Source of the DNA: Acidobacteriota bacterium
GTDB lineage: Bacteria; Acidobacteriota; Vicinamibacteria; Vicinamibacterales; UBA2999
Direction: 5' to 3'
Assembly (NCBI GenBank): GCA_016192845.1
Contig: JACPTI010000077.1
Span: forward strand, 14,080-78,079
Length of the DNA: 64,000 bases
The notes beneath the pieces were generated by a model. The model did not search any database. It was given only the letters and a program-made list of their open reading frames with translations, and was not told the origin of the DNA. The position numbers and the translations under genes were made by a program. Numbering within the stretch: position 1 is the first letter of the stretch; each line of letters begins with the position of its first letter. Below are positions 37,674-49,601 of this stretch, in pieces.

Positions 37674-39833
37674 TCAGGGTGATGGCGAGCCGCCGGAACC
37701 GCGAAGCCCGAGCCGGTGCGTGAGCATCAGCACCTCGTACACCGCGCGGCGCGCCGCGCGGCGCATCCGTCCCCTCGCCGTCCTGGCGCCGACGAGCGTG
37801 TTGTAGACCGCGTGATGGTAGTAGTGCTTGATCTGCTTCTTCAGCCAGAACAGCCGGCTGATCGCGCGGCCGAGCGCATGCGACGTCTCCGTCTTGCGGA
37901 AGTGCCGCCATCCGTAGGTGACCTGGTACCGCAGGAGCATCCCCACCCATTGCCGCCGCGTGAGGTTCAGAAAACGGTGGTTGCGGGCCACGTACTCACG
38001 CCAGAGCACGAAGATGTGCTGCAGCCACGGCGGCCAGGAAAACCAGCGCGGCATTGCGTCCGGCAGCATCAGCGTCGTCGCCTGCCGTTCGATGCTGGTG
38101 CCGTTGGACTGCCGCCGCGACCAGAGCACCTCGCGCACCTGGCGGATGCGGCCCTGCAGCGTGAGCTCGGCGACGAGCAGCCGATCGGGGCGCAGCACCG
38201 GCCGGAAGATGCCGGCCCGCTGAAGCGCATCGAGCCGCATCAGCCCGTACACCATGTCGCCTGCGCCTACGCCTTCGCGGCAGAGGTGCTTCCACCTGGC
38301 GTCAAGGTCCACGTACGCGGCGGTGTCGAACAGACGGGGACCTTTGTCGATCTCCTGCCCGTTCGGCAGCACGCGTCGGGTCACCGGATAGGCGAGTACG
38401 GTCCCCGCATCGGAGTCGAGTTCCGCGACGAGCCGTTCGAGCCACCGCGGATGCCACCAGTCGTGGTCGCTCACCCACGCGAAGTACTCCGCGGAGGGCC
38501 ACTCCCGCGCGGCCGTTTCCGCGACCTCGCGCCAGGTGGCAATCATCGCCTGCCGCTCTGCGTGTCTGATGTACCGCAGGCGGCGGTCGCGCTCGACATA
38601 TCGCCGCGCGATCGCCTCGGTGTCATCCGTCGAGGCGTCGTCCAGCATCAGGAGCGCGAAATTCGAGTACGTCTGCGCCAGCAGCGACTCCAGCGCGTGC
38701 GGCAGCCGTCGCGCGTTGTTGTACAGCGTCATCCCGAGCACGACGCGAGGGCTGCCACCGGCCGCGGTGGACGCCGTCGGGCGTGGCACAGCGGCAACGC
38801 TACGCCGACGGAACGCCGGGGCGAGCCGTCCGACCAGGTGCCGGTACCTCGGTTCGGCGGAAGCGTAGGGTCTGGAGGGCGTCTTGGGCGGCCGCTTCAC
38901 CGCACTTATGTGGTCGGTCTCGAGGACGGCCACCTCGGTGAGATCGTAGGAGTCCGAAAGGGCCAGACTGACGCTCGTCAGCTGCGCGTTGTACGGGGAG
39001 CGCTCGCGATTCAAGCTGTACAGCAGGGGGCAACCGGCCGTCGCCGCCATGGACGCATACCCGCGCACCTGCGCGTCGGTCATCTCCTGAAACGACGCAA
39101 CGTTGATCGTCAGGTCCAGCGACAGCACGGAGGCGAGGCGGCACAGGAAGTTGGGCACGAACACGAAATCGGCATCGCGCCAGCCGTCGACCGCCGACGT
39201 CTCGGACGTGCCCGCGAACAGCAGCCGTGCGTCGGGAAACACGACGCCGAGGTAGGTTGCCGAGAACAGGAACAATTCCGGCAGATCGACGATGACGTAC
39301 GTTGCGCGGGGAAAGAGGGTCCTGAACTGATACGCGAAGCCGCCCCACCCCGCGCCGATCTCGCAGACGACGGGCCGATCGAGCCCTCGGACGGCGTCCA
39401 GCACGCCGCCACGCTCCATGCCGATGAGCACCTCGTAGAACTTCAGTGTGTCGACGTTGAGCAGACGCCCATCGATCGGGTAGCCGAACCCGCCGAGTGC
39501 CGGCGACTCCGGCACGAGCAGGCTGTCGCCGCCGATGGCACGCAGCGCCTGCAGGCGCGCCTTGAAGTGCTCCCGGCGGCCGTCGCGCTTGTTGCGGTAA
39601 TCGTACGGGCGCACGCTCGTGATGTGGTAGGCATGGTGGCGGAGCTTGTTCACGATGAGCGGCGAGGCGTCGATCATGTACTCGATGTACTCGATGTACT
39701 CGAGCTCTTCCGCCCAGTACGCGCTCGGCCTTCCCTCCGCGCTGCCCGCGCCGGCGCGCGTCATGGCCAGCACGGCGTCCCGTGCACGCAGGTAGGACTG
39801 GAATGCTGCTGCCGCCCTCAGGTCCTCCGTCAC
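37674..39833 (-). CDS. Sugar O-methyltransferase-like domain (module C) + GT2 domain (module D) fusion
   Basis: PSAYW, EIGAGWGGFAYQF, VDLPE, INVASFQEM, then PRVVLGMTLYN, DDAS.D, EYFAWVSDHD. GTG start at 39833. Confidence 0.82.
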   Translation of the reverse strand: MTEDLRAAAAFQSYLRARDAVLAMTRAGAGSAEGRPSAYWAEELEYIEYIEYMIDASPLIVNKLRHHAYHITSVRPYDYRNKRDGRREHFKARLQALRAIGGDSLLVPESPALGGFGYPIDGRLLNVDTLKFYEVLIGMERGGVLDAVRGLDRPVVCEIGAGWGGFAYQFRTLFPRATYVIVDLPELFLFSATYLGVVFPDARLLFAGTSETSAVDGWRDADFVFVPNFLCRLASVLSLDLTINVASFQEMTDAQVRGYASMAATAGCPLLYSLNRERSPYNAQLTSVSLALSDSYDLTEVAVLETDHISAVKRPPKTPSRPYASAEPRYRHLVGRLAPAFRRRSVAAVPRPTASTAAGGSPRVVLGMTLYNNARRLPHALESLLAQTYSNFALLMLDDASTDDTEAIARRYVERDRRLRYIRHAERQAMIATWREVAETAAREWPSAEYFAWVSDHDWWHPRWLERLVAELDSDAGTVLAYPVTRRVLPNGQEIDKGPRLFDTAAYVDLDARWKHLCREGVGAGDMVYGLMRLDALQRAGIFRPVLRPDRLLVAELTLQGRIRQVREVLWSRRQSNGTSIERQATTLMLPDAMPRWFSWPPWLQHIFVLWREYVARNHRFLNLTRRQWVGMLLRYQVTYGWRHFRKTETSHALGRAISRLFWLKKQIKHYYHHAVYNTLVGARTARGRMRRAARRAVYEVLMLTHRLGLRGSGGSPSP

Positions 39834-40804
39834 GCGTCCTCCCGGGAGAACGTTTCGGCCGGCGGAGGCTCGGCCGCAGTGTACGGGGGCAGATCGCGCG
39901 TGTCGACCCGTGGCAGCTCGTACCGGTTCTCGCGGCCCGGCTTCACGCGGCGGCGGACCGTGTTGAATGCGAGCGAATAGCCCGACTCGCGCAGGATGCG
40001 CAGCGTCTCGCGCGTGTAGGTGTGCGGCCCCCCCCAGGGGTAGCAGAACGGAACCGTGGCCTGTCCCGTGAGGGCGCGGATCCACGCGACACCGGGACGG
40101 AGCTCGTCCTCCTGCTCGCCGGGCGAGAGGCGCGCGAGCATGCGATGGCTCCGCGTGTGGTATCCAAACGTCATCCCTGCAGCGGCCATCTCCTGAATCA
40201 TCCCGGGATTCAGGTACAGGCGCCCGGCGAACGCCGCCGAATCCCCGATGTAGCGCGTGAACAGCTCTTCCAGCACGCGCTCGGCCTCGGTGAACGGCAA
40301 CTGGTGGCTGACGAAGTGCTTGATGGCGCGGTCGTTGTCATCCTCCCACGGAGCCACGCCGAAGACCTCGGGGCCGGCCGCACGGGGGATTCCCGGCGCA
40401 GCGCAGGCCTGGAGCAACGCGCGGCTGAATGCCTCCACACCGAGACGCGCGAGCAGCAGCTGCACCTTGTGAACGGCAAGCAGCCGCGGCGACGTGCCGC
40501 AGGCGTCCTGCGAGAGGAAGAACGTGCCGCGCAACCCTCGGGCGCGCAGCAGCGGCAGCACGGTGTCGTAATGGTCGATCAAGCCGTCATCGAACGTCAG
40601 GAGGACCGCATTCGGTGGCAGACTCTCCTCGCGGTCGAGCGCCGCCTCGAAGCGCCGCAGGTCGATGACCGTGTACTGTCCCTGCAGCCAATCGAGCTGC
40701 CGATCGAAGAGTACCGGTGCAAGCGCGCGAATGTCGGGAAACGCCGTCGCCGCGCTGTCCCGCACGTAGTGATACATCACCACGAGGCACGTGTGGCCGC
40801 TCAC
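39830..40804 (-). CDS. Polysaccharide deacetylase (CE4/NodB-like)
   Basis: VMYHYVR, LLTFDDG, GYHTRSH..L, FCYPWG, LPRVDT. GTG start at 40804. Confidence 0.9.
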   Translation of the reverse strand: MSGHTCLVVMYHYVRDSAATAFPDIRALAPVLFDRQLDWLQGQYTVIDLRRFEAALDREESLPPNAVLLTFDDGLIDHYDTVLPLLRARGLRGTFFLSQDACGTSPRLLAVHKVQLLLARLGVEAFSRALLQACAAPGIPRAAGPEVFGVAPWEDDNDRAIKHFVSHQLPFTEAERVLEELFTRYIGDSAAFAGRLYLNPGMIQEMAAAGMTFGYHTRSHRMLARLSPGEQEDELRPGVAWIRALTGQATVPFCYPWGGPHTYTRETLRILRESGYSLAFNTVRRRVKPGRENRYELPRVDTRDLPPYTAAEPPPAETFSREDA

Positions 40805-41598
40805 GCTCGGCGCCCTTTCATGACGACGAGCGAGAGCAGCGCATCGCGTGCGGCCTTGTTGCGAAGATAGTTGGCAATCATCCCGGTCTCGAAGTTCGTG
40901 TAGAGGCGGCGTACTGCCGCCGCCGAGAAGTCCGCGCGTTTGTACACACACCCCTCGCCGGTCTGCGCGACGGCATCGACGCCGCCGGCGCCCAGGGCGA
41001 GTGCTGCGTCGCCGAGCGCGCGCGCGGCGGCGACGATCGCCTTGTTCCCGATGTCATGCGGACCGTCGCCGGCACGAATGTCCGGCCTCACGTGGGCGAT
41101 GATCGGACCGGTATCGACGCCTGCATCGAGAAAATGAATGGTCGCGCCGCAGTACTCCGGCTCGCCATTGACGAGGGGCCAGAAGTTGGTCCCCGCGCCG
41201 CGGTAGTACGGGGAGAGGCCGAGGTGGATGTTGATGATGCGTCCGGGAAAGCTGTCGATCATCGGCCGCTTCAGCAGGCCGGTCCCAAACACCAGCACGA
41301 CGTCGGGCTCGAAGCGGCGCATCACCGCGATCTCGTCCGGGTCGTTGCAGCCGCCCGCCGCCACCTGCCGCGACGGCGGCCCGACACCGGTCGCGCCGGT
41401 GAAGTAGGCCTCCTCGGACGCGTCGCGGTCCGCAAAGTGAAGCCTGATCACGCAGGCGTCCTCGTCCGACGCCGCGTATTTGAGCGGATCGAACGCCTTC
41501 TGCTCGCGCCACACGCAGGCAACCTCGAGCCGCGACGCAAGACTGTTCGCCACGTACATGTGGCGTCGGAGAGCACTGGTCAGCACAATCGCCCGCAT
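40801..41598 (-). CDS. Formyltransferase (N10-formyl-THF dependent)
   Basis: INIHLGLSPYYRG, GATIH, GVDTG. Start at MRAIV. Confidence 0.9.
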   Translation of the reverse strand: MRAIVLTSALRRHMYVANSLASRLEVACVWREQKAFDPLKYAASDEDACVIRLHFADRDASEEAYFTGATGVGPPSRQVAAGGCNDPDEIAVMRRFEPDVVLVFGTGLLKRPMIDSFPGRIINIHLGLSPYYRGAGTNFWPLVNGEPEYCGATIHFLDAGVDTGPIIAHVRPDIRAGDGPHDIGNKAIVAAARALGDAALALGAGGVDAVAQTGEGCVYKRADFSAAAVRRLYTNFETGMIANYLRNKAARDALLSLVVMKGRRA

Positions 41599-41599
41599 T

Positions 41600-41739
41600 G
41601 GACCGCTATGCGGCTCGATGCGCGAATTCTGTACTCGTTGTGGCCCGCATAGCGGTCCTAGGCGCGCGACGCGCGCCAAGAGATACTGGCGGCCAGCCAA
41701 GGGCTCTGCCGGGACATCAAGGACGGAGCCCTTGGCTGG
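41600..41739 (-). repeat. Tri-hairpin dispersed repeat, copy 3
   Basis: GGACCGCTATGCGG (41600-41613)..CCGCATAGCGGTCC (41645-41658), GGCGCGC-gac-GCGCGCC, AGATACTG, CCAGCCAAGGGCTC..GAGCCCTTGGCTGG. Fills the intergenic gap to within 1 bp on each side. Confidence 0.9.
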
Positions 41740-41740
41740 G

Positions 41741-43456
41741 TCACTCGCCCTGGCTGCCCGGCAGCTGGCCGCGCCACAGCCCCACCATGTAGAGCGCGCG
41801 ATAGGTCGTCACGGCGATCCGGTGGCGTGTCTTGCGCAGGGTGCTCTTGACCACCTTGCCCGCCCGCATCGCCGTGTCGCGGCGGCGCCGCCACGCCTTG
41901 CGGCGCACCTTGTCGTGCTGCCGCCTCTCCTTCGCCCGCCGCCGCGCGTCCACCGACCGTTCGACGGACGCGGCGTGCTCGTCCAGGGCGTCGGCACGCT
42001 GATCGTTCATCAACCATCGGCCGACGCCGCCGCGCGACCATGCGGCCGCCGCGGTCACCGGCGGACGAAGCCAGACGCCTCGGTCGAGCGACGGATCGGG
42101 ACGCGCGCCCTCGCGGTGCAGCCGTTCGAGCGCGTCCGCGAATGTCGGCGTGGCCGGCGTCTCGAGGCCGGCGGGCCGCACGAAGGTCTTCAGGAACTGC
42201 CGATTCCGCCGGTCGCGCGATCCGTCCAGCGCAATGGCCTCGACCAGCTGCGCGAAGTGCGTGTCGAGATCGGCAGCCGTCCTGAGCGGGCCTCCCTGGT
42301 CGCCTGTCAGGTACCGGAAGTGAATCATCTCCTCCTGATGCATCCGGTACTCGGGCAGCGTAAACGTCAGCACCGGCCGTTCGACGATCGCCGCCTCCAC
42401 GAAGGCGGTCGTCACGAGGCCGATCACGGCGGCGCTGTAGTACAGCGAGTCGAAGTAGTCGCCGCGGGACTCCCGGTCGATCGGGTTCCGGCCGTGAAAC
42501 GCGACGTTCGCGAACCGGTCGAGCCGGATGCCCGTCCATTCCTTCACCCTCTCGGGATGCGGGCGCACCAGCACACCGAGGTCGCGCAGCCGCGGATCCG
42601 GATGGCGGCGCAGCGCCTCGATCCACCGCACCACGAGCGCCGGCTCCGGCGGGTCCGGCGCGGGTGTGAGGGCGGAATGCACCCACAACACGAACGGACG
42701 GTCCGCCCGCAGGCCAACTGCGCCGCAGAAGGCCTCGCGGCTGCGCTCCGGCGTGCGTATGAACCATTGGTCGTAGCACTGGGCGCCGGTCAGGACCATG
42801 CGATCGGCGGGCAGCCCGTGCATCTCGATCGCCTCCTGCCGCTGGACGTCGTTCCAGACGATCACCTGGTCGGGCACGACATGGATCAACGCCTTGCTCG
42901 ACAGATGGTCCCAGCTGAGGATGGCGGCCGACACCGGCAGCTTCAGCGCCCGCGCCGCCTTCAGCAGGTCGAGCTGCTGCGAGCGCGAGTAGGTCAGGGC
43001 GATGAGGACGAGCACGTCGGGAGCATGGCCACGCAGGTACTCGACCATGCGCTCGCTGGTCGGCATCAGACGTTCGAAGCGCGTGAGCGCAGCGAGCGTG
43101 CCCCGGCGGCCGACGACCGGCGCGCGCGTCGCCCACCGGACGATGCGCGCCGTGCGCTCCGCGGCGCGGACCCGCAGCTTGTCCGGATACCGGGGCTCGA
43201 GGGCACGCACGTAGTCGAGCGCCACCCGCATGCGCCGGGCCGCGTCGAACCACGGTTCGTTCTCGAGCGACGGCAGGAGGTCCCACGTGATGCCGGAATG
43301 CCCGGCGGCCAGGCGCTCGACGAGCTGCTCGCCCCCGAGCGCCTCCGGCTCCTCCGCCGTCAGATGCACCAGGTGCCCGCGCGAGGCCAGCTCCAGCACG
43401 ACGGAATCGAAGTTCCGGAACTGCGCCAAGTGGAGCCCTGCGAAGAGAACCTTCAT
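41741..43456 (-). CDS. Module-A putative GT-B transferase (SWDH type) with an Arg-rich tail
   Basis: FRNFD, SWDHLSSK, WNDVQ, TGAQCYDQW, RPHP, YFDSLYYSAAVIG. Start at MKVLF. Confidence 0.8.
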   Translation of the reverse strand: MKVLFAGLHLAQFRNFDSVVLELASRGHLVHLTAEEPEALGGEQLVERLAAGHSGITWDLLPSLENEPWFDAARRMRVALDYVRALEPRYPDKLRVRAAERTARIVRWATRAPVVGRRGTLAALTRFERLMPTSERMVEYLRGHAPDVLVLIALTYSRSQQLDLLKAARALKLPVSAAILSWDHLSSKALIHVVPDQVIVWNDVQRQEAIEMHGLPADRMVLTGAQCYDQWFIRTPERSREAFCGAVGLRADRPFVLWVHSALTPAPDPPEPALVVRWIEALRRHPDPRLRDLGVLVRPHPERVKEWTGIRLDRFANVAFHGRNPIDRESRGDYFDSLYYSAAVIGLVTTAFVEAAIVERPVLTFTLPEYRMHQEEMIHFRYLTGDQGGPLRTAADLDTHFAQLVEAIALDGSRDRRNRQFLKTFVRPAGLETPATPTFADALERLHREGARPDPSLDRGVWLRPPVTAAAAWSRGGVGRWLMNDQRADALDEHAASVERSVDARRRAKERRQHDKVRRKAWRRRRDTAMRAGKVVKSTLRKTRHRIAVTTYRALYMVGLWRGQLPGSQGE

Positions 43457-45141
43457 CCCTGCTTCCGCCCGATCACGCGAAGGTTTTTGCCGTAGGCGCC
43501 GGCGTTGGCGAAGAACTGCAGCAGGTCCGCGATTTCCTCGACCCCTTCGTCGCGCTTGCCGTGCACCTCCCGGCGGTACCAGAGATAGTCGACGAGATCG
43601 AGTCCTTCCGTCGCGAGATACTCGGTGCGCAGTCCCTCGCGCCGCAACAGATCCCGGATGGTCGCCGGCGTGTAGTAGTTCAGGTGGTGCGTCGGCCAGA
43701 TGAAGTGCGCATCCTTTCCCATCAACAACCGCGACGCCGAGTCGTAGTTGGGCACGTACAGAAATACGATGCCGCCCGGCCTCAGCAGCCGGACCGACGC
43801 GCGCAGCGTGCGCACCGGATCGAGCAGGTGCTCGAGCACGTCGAACAGACAGACCGCATCGAAGCTGGCCGGCTCGCATCCTGCATCGTCCAGGGCGACA
43901 TTGCGAAGATCGAGGCCGCGGCTGCGCCCGTACTCGACGGCCGAAGGATTCAGGTCGAGGCCGAGGGCATCCCACCCGCGATCGCGCGCCGCCTCGACGA
44001 CGAACCCCGTGCTGCAGCCGACATCCAGGATCCGCGGGCGCTCGGCGTGCAGATGCTGTGCCATGATGTCGACGCGCTCGCGGCCGAACCGCTCTACGCG
44101 GTACTGATGGCTGCGGATGCCAAGGTCGCGGACGATCTCCTGATACTCGGCCGACCGATACACCTTCTTGTAATGCGCCTCGTCGAAGGTGGGGTTCACA
44201 TAGACGAGATCGCATGCCGAGCAGCGCACGATCCACATGTGATCCTTCTCGAGCTCGAGCGTCGCGTCGTCCGCTCCGCACGTGGGACACGGACGCGGCG
44301 TCAGCAGGTCGTCCGGAATCTTCCCGTGGACGCGCACCAGTTCATCGATCGGGTGCGTCCGCTTTTCAATCAGCTGTTTGTAGGAGTCGCCCGGCCGGAG
44401 CCGGCTGACGTCCACCTTCTGGTACTCGTCCGTGCGGCGGTACGGGATCCGCAGCCGGCCGTCGCCGAGCATCAGCTCCACAAGCGCCAGATCCTCGGGG
44501 CCGTCGACATCGACCGACTCACCGGCCGTCATCACGAGCGGGCGGCAGTCGTCACCGTAGAGGGAGCCCTGTTCCAGCACGCGCGTCCGGACGGCAAGCA
44601 CCGCCGGCCCGTTCCGGGCGTAGACGCGCGGCTTGTCCTGGCGGCGGGCCACCGAGGTGTCGGCGAGGTAGGGACACAGCCGCTCGCCGTCGAGACGCAT
44701 CACCGACACCGGCGTGAACTGATGCGGCACCTCCACCACGCTGACGATCGAATCGGCGCCCGTCTGCTCCAGGAGCTCGATCGCGCGGTCGATGTGCTCC
44801 GCGCGGCGGAGCGGCGACGTGGGCTGCAGCAGCACCACGGCGTCGGCCGCAAATCCCCCGCGCGCCAGCTCGCGCACCGCGTGCTGGAGCACCGGCAGCA
44901 TCGGCGTGTCGTCGGCCGCCAGCCCGGCCGGACGCAGAAATGGCACCTCGAGGCCGAGCGCGCGCGCCGCCTCCGCGATGGCTGCGTCGTCGGTGCTGAC
45001 CACGACACGCGTCAGCCGCTTGCTGGCGCGCGCCGCGTCAGCGGTGTAGGCAAGAAGCGGCCGTCCCGCGACCGGCGCCAGGTTCTTGCCCGGAATCGCC
45101 TTCGAGCCGCCGCGCGCCGGCACGACGCCGAGGACGTTCAT
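43453..45141 (-). CDS. neuA: Acylneuraminate cytidylyltransferase fused to a Zn-ribbon class I methyltransferase
   Basis: PARGGSKAIPGKN, LQPTSPLR, VDVD..ED, then CPTC..CSAC, LDVGCSTG, FDVLEHL, HHLNYY. Start at MNVLG. Confidence 0.85.
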   Translation of the reverse strand: MNVLGVVPARGGSKAIPGKNLAPVAGRPLLAYTADAARASKRLTRVVVSTDDAAIAEAARALGLEVPFLRPAGLAADDTPMLPVLQHAVRELARGGFAADAVVLLQPTSPLRRAEHIDRAIELLEQTGADSIVSVVEVPHQFTPVSVMRLDGERLCPYLADTSVARRQDKPRVYARNGPAVLAVRTRVLEQGSLYGDDCRPLVMTAGESVDVDGPEDLALVELMLGDGRLRIPYRRTDEYQKVDVSRLRPGDSYKQLIEKRTHPIDELVRVHGKIPDDLLTPRPCPTCGADDATLELEKDHMWIVRCSACDLVYVNPTFDEAHYKKVYRSAEYQEIVRDLGIRSHQYRVERFGRERVDIMAQHLHAERPRILDVGCSTGFVVEAARDRGWDALGLDLNPSAVEYGRSRGLDLRNVALDDAGCEPASFDAVCLFDVLEHLLDPVRTLRASVRLLRPGGIVFLYVPNYDSASRLLMGKDAHFIWPTHHLNYYTPATIRDLLRREGLRTEYLATEGLDLVDYLWYRREVHGKRDEGVEEIADLLQFFANAGAYGKNLRVIGRKQG

Positions 45142-45147
45142 ACGATC

Positions 45148-46364
<1,217 letters not shown>

Positions 46365-46384
<20 letters not shown>

Positions 46385-49300
46385 TCTTGGCCGCTCGCTG
46401 CAGGACGACGGTCGCCACGTAGTAGCGGGCGTGGCGCACGTTGCGCAGCAGTACCCGCGGCAGGCGGCGGATCCCGCGCGCCGCCCCCCGCGCGAGGTGC
46501 GGGCCGCGCCCCCCGATGCGCCGCCCGCTGACGCGCACGGCGCGCTGCACTCTGCCGAACACCGTGCGCGGCGAGGGGGCGTCTGCCGCTTCGGCTGCCG
46601 GCTGGGAGGCGGCGCGCCAGATCTGTTCGACCGTCGTCCAGCCCCACATCGCGACGGCGATCGGCCATACGAGCACCCGCAGCGCGCGGGACGTCATCGC
46701 GTCGGGACGCGGCGTCGCGCCCTTCCAGCCGACGCGGGCAATCGCGTCGGCCAGCACGGGTGTACAGGCGCTCGTCTGGCCGTGCGGCCGTATGAACGAC
46801 GCGACGAACTGCCCGGTCTCACGGCGGACGAGCGTCGGATCGCGCAGCACCGCCGCCAGCTGATCGAGGTGCTCGTCGATGGAGCCGGCGACGCGGAGGA
46901 ACCCGCCATTCTCGGGGCGGAGGTAGCGGAAGTGCAGGGTGCCGTCCTGCGTGCCCGCGAACTTAGGCGACAGAATCGACAACACCGGCTTGCGGAGGAT
47001 TGCCGCCTCGATCATCGCGCTGGTGTTGATGCCCACGGCGGCGTGACAGTAGTACAACGAGTCGAAGAGCGACGCCCGCGCCTCCTCGGCCGCCGGCGTG
47101 TACCGCGCGCGCGGCCAGATCGCGACCGGACCGAGGTCGGAGAAGTCCGCCGTGATCCACGCCTCGGGATTGAACGGATGCGGGCGTACGAGCACCGCGG
47201 CCTCGCGCAGCATCGGATCGGAGGCGGCACGCAGCCCTTCGATCCAGCGGCGGACGAACGGCACCTCGTGCACCGACCGCGCGATGAACACCGACGACCC
47301 GGTGAAGAGGATGAACGGCCGTTCATCGGGCAGCCCCACCATTCGGCAGAAGTCCGCCCGCGGCATGCTCGGCTCGCGATCGAACCAGCGGTCGAACAGC
47401 TGCGCGCCCGTCACGATGACGCGATCCGGCGCCACGCCGTGGAGCTCGACGGCCTCGGCCTTCTGCTGCTGATTCCAGACGGTGACCGCGTCGGGCTCCA
47501 CGCGCATGTGCCCCTTGTTCGTCAAGTTGTCCCAGCTCGCGATGCCCGCAATGACCGGAATGCCGGCCGCCCGCGCGGCGCGCACGGTGTCGACCTGGTC
47601 GGAGGCGGCATCGACGAGCGGCGAGACGATGACGACGTCCGGCTTCTGCTCGCGCAGGAAGCGCAGGACCCTGCGGCTCACCGGAACGGCGCGCTCGACC
47701 GCCTGCAGCAGCCGGAACACGCGGGCGAGACTGGACGGCCCCAGAGAGCGGATGCGGTCGAGCGGCCTGAGCAGCGCCGGCAGCACCTTGCGGTACATCC
47801 GGTTGCGGAGCACGGGGGCGTCGGCAAACCGCGGGTCGAGGTACCGCACGAAGTCCATCGTGCCGCGCACGGCACGCGCCAGCGGCGCCCACACGTCCTG
47901 CCGCTCCGGCACCACGCCGGCAACCACGATCCGCCTGTCGTCAATCAGGCCGAGCCGCGCGTGTTTGCGCTCGCGCGGGGAATTCACCGCAATCGAGGCG
48001 GCATGACCGCGGTCGGCCAGCAGCCGTATCGTCGAGTCGTAATAGCGCAGGTACTCGGGGGAGGCCATGGTGAACAGGATTCGCAGTCGGCGGCCCGCAA
48101 CGCCGGTCGCCGGCTGATCCGCGCGGTGCTCCTGCCGACGGCGCGCGGCAACGTGGGCGACCAGGGCGAGCGGGCCCAGGAGCAGGCGCCGCGCGCGGAT
48201 CGACGCCGGGGTCCGCCGCGCCTCCGGCTGCGGGGCCGCCGCCGTGCCTTCGATGGCGTCCACGAACCGCTCCGCTGCAGGCACGTGCAGGCCGTGGGGG
48301 CGTACGAACGCTTCGACGAACGCGCGCCCCTTCGCGGCGTCGTGGTCGCCGCGAAGCGCGCGGGTCACCTGCTCGAGGTGCTCCTCCAGAGTCCGGCCGA
48401 CAGAGAGCAATCCGCCGTTCACATTCTTCAGATGCTGGAAGTGCAGCGTCCCCTCCTGCTGGTCCGCGAAGTCCTCTGCCAGCACCGTAAAGACGGGACG
48501 GCCGATGATGCCCGATTCGATGAGCGCGCTCGTGTTCACGCCGACGGTCGCGACGCTGTAGTACATCGAGTCGAAGTAGTCGGCGCGCGCCTGCCGGTCC
48601 ACCGGATTGGCGCCCGCCGGCGGCCAGACGGCGACCGCTTCGGCTTCCGCAGGGTTGAACTCCCGCCACTGCTCCGCGTTCTGCGGATGCGGCCGGATGA
48701 GAATCGCGGCCCGGCGCAGTTCGGGATCGGCAGCGGTCCGCACCGCTGCAATCCAGCGGCGCACGAACCCGACCTCGTACGGCGCGATGAACGGTGACGA
48801 GCACAGATACAGCAGCAGCGGGCGATCGTCCGGAAGCCCCGCCTTGCGGCAGAACTCCGCTCGAGGGACGCTCGGCTGCTGCGCGAACCAGGCGTCGTAG
48901 GCCTGAGCGCCGGTCACGATCACGCGCGCCGGGTCGACGCCGTGCAGCTCCGCCACCTCGCGCCGCTGCATCTCGTTCCATACGATGACGTGGTCCGGCG
49001 CTTCGTGGATGAGCCCCTTGGTCGTCAGGTGATCCCAGCTGCCGACACCGAGGACGGTGCGGATACCGAGCCGCCGCGAGGCGCGCACGTAGTCCACCTG
49101 GTGCGAACCGAAGTACAGCAGCGGCGTCAGCAGCAGGAGGTCGGGGCGCTCCTCCGCCAGAAGGCGCTCGGCGGATTCGGCCGGCGGGATCGCTCGCTCG
49201 AGCCAGGCGATCAAGCGGCGCCACGCGCGCATGGCCGCCGCCGAACCGATCAGCGGAACCCGCGGCAGACGCGCCGCCGCAGCGGGCGCCTGGCGCTCGG

Positions 49301-49601
49301 CGCGGGCGCGCAGCGTCGGCGAGCGGCCGTATCGGGGATCGAGGTAGCGCCAGTAGTCGAGCGACAGCCGAAGGGCATTCCCCAGCGTCTGCCAGGGCGA
49401 CTGCCTGCGGTCGGCCGCGTACGTGTACGTCACGCGCCCCGGATAGTCGCGAACCAGGGTTTCGACGGTGCGGAAGCCGCCGACACTGTCCTTCCGCTCC
49501 GCGACGAGGTGCAGCTGGTGGCCCCGCTCCGCCAGGAGCCGCAGCGCGGGCTCGAAGTTGCGGAGGAACCCGAAACTGGCGACCGAGAACAACAGCCGCA
49601 T
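46365..49601 (-). CDS. Tandem module A + module A protein (1078 aa; SWDH then SWDN)
   Basis: Two complete repeats of the RNF/DY.RY/SWD/RPHP/NTSA/GTLHF domain. Confidence 0.83.
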
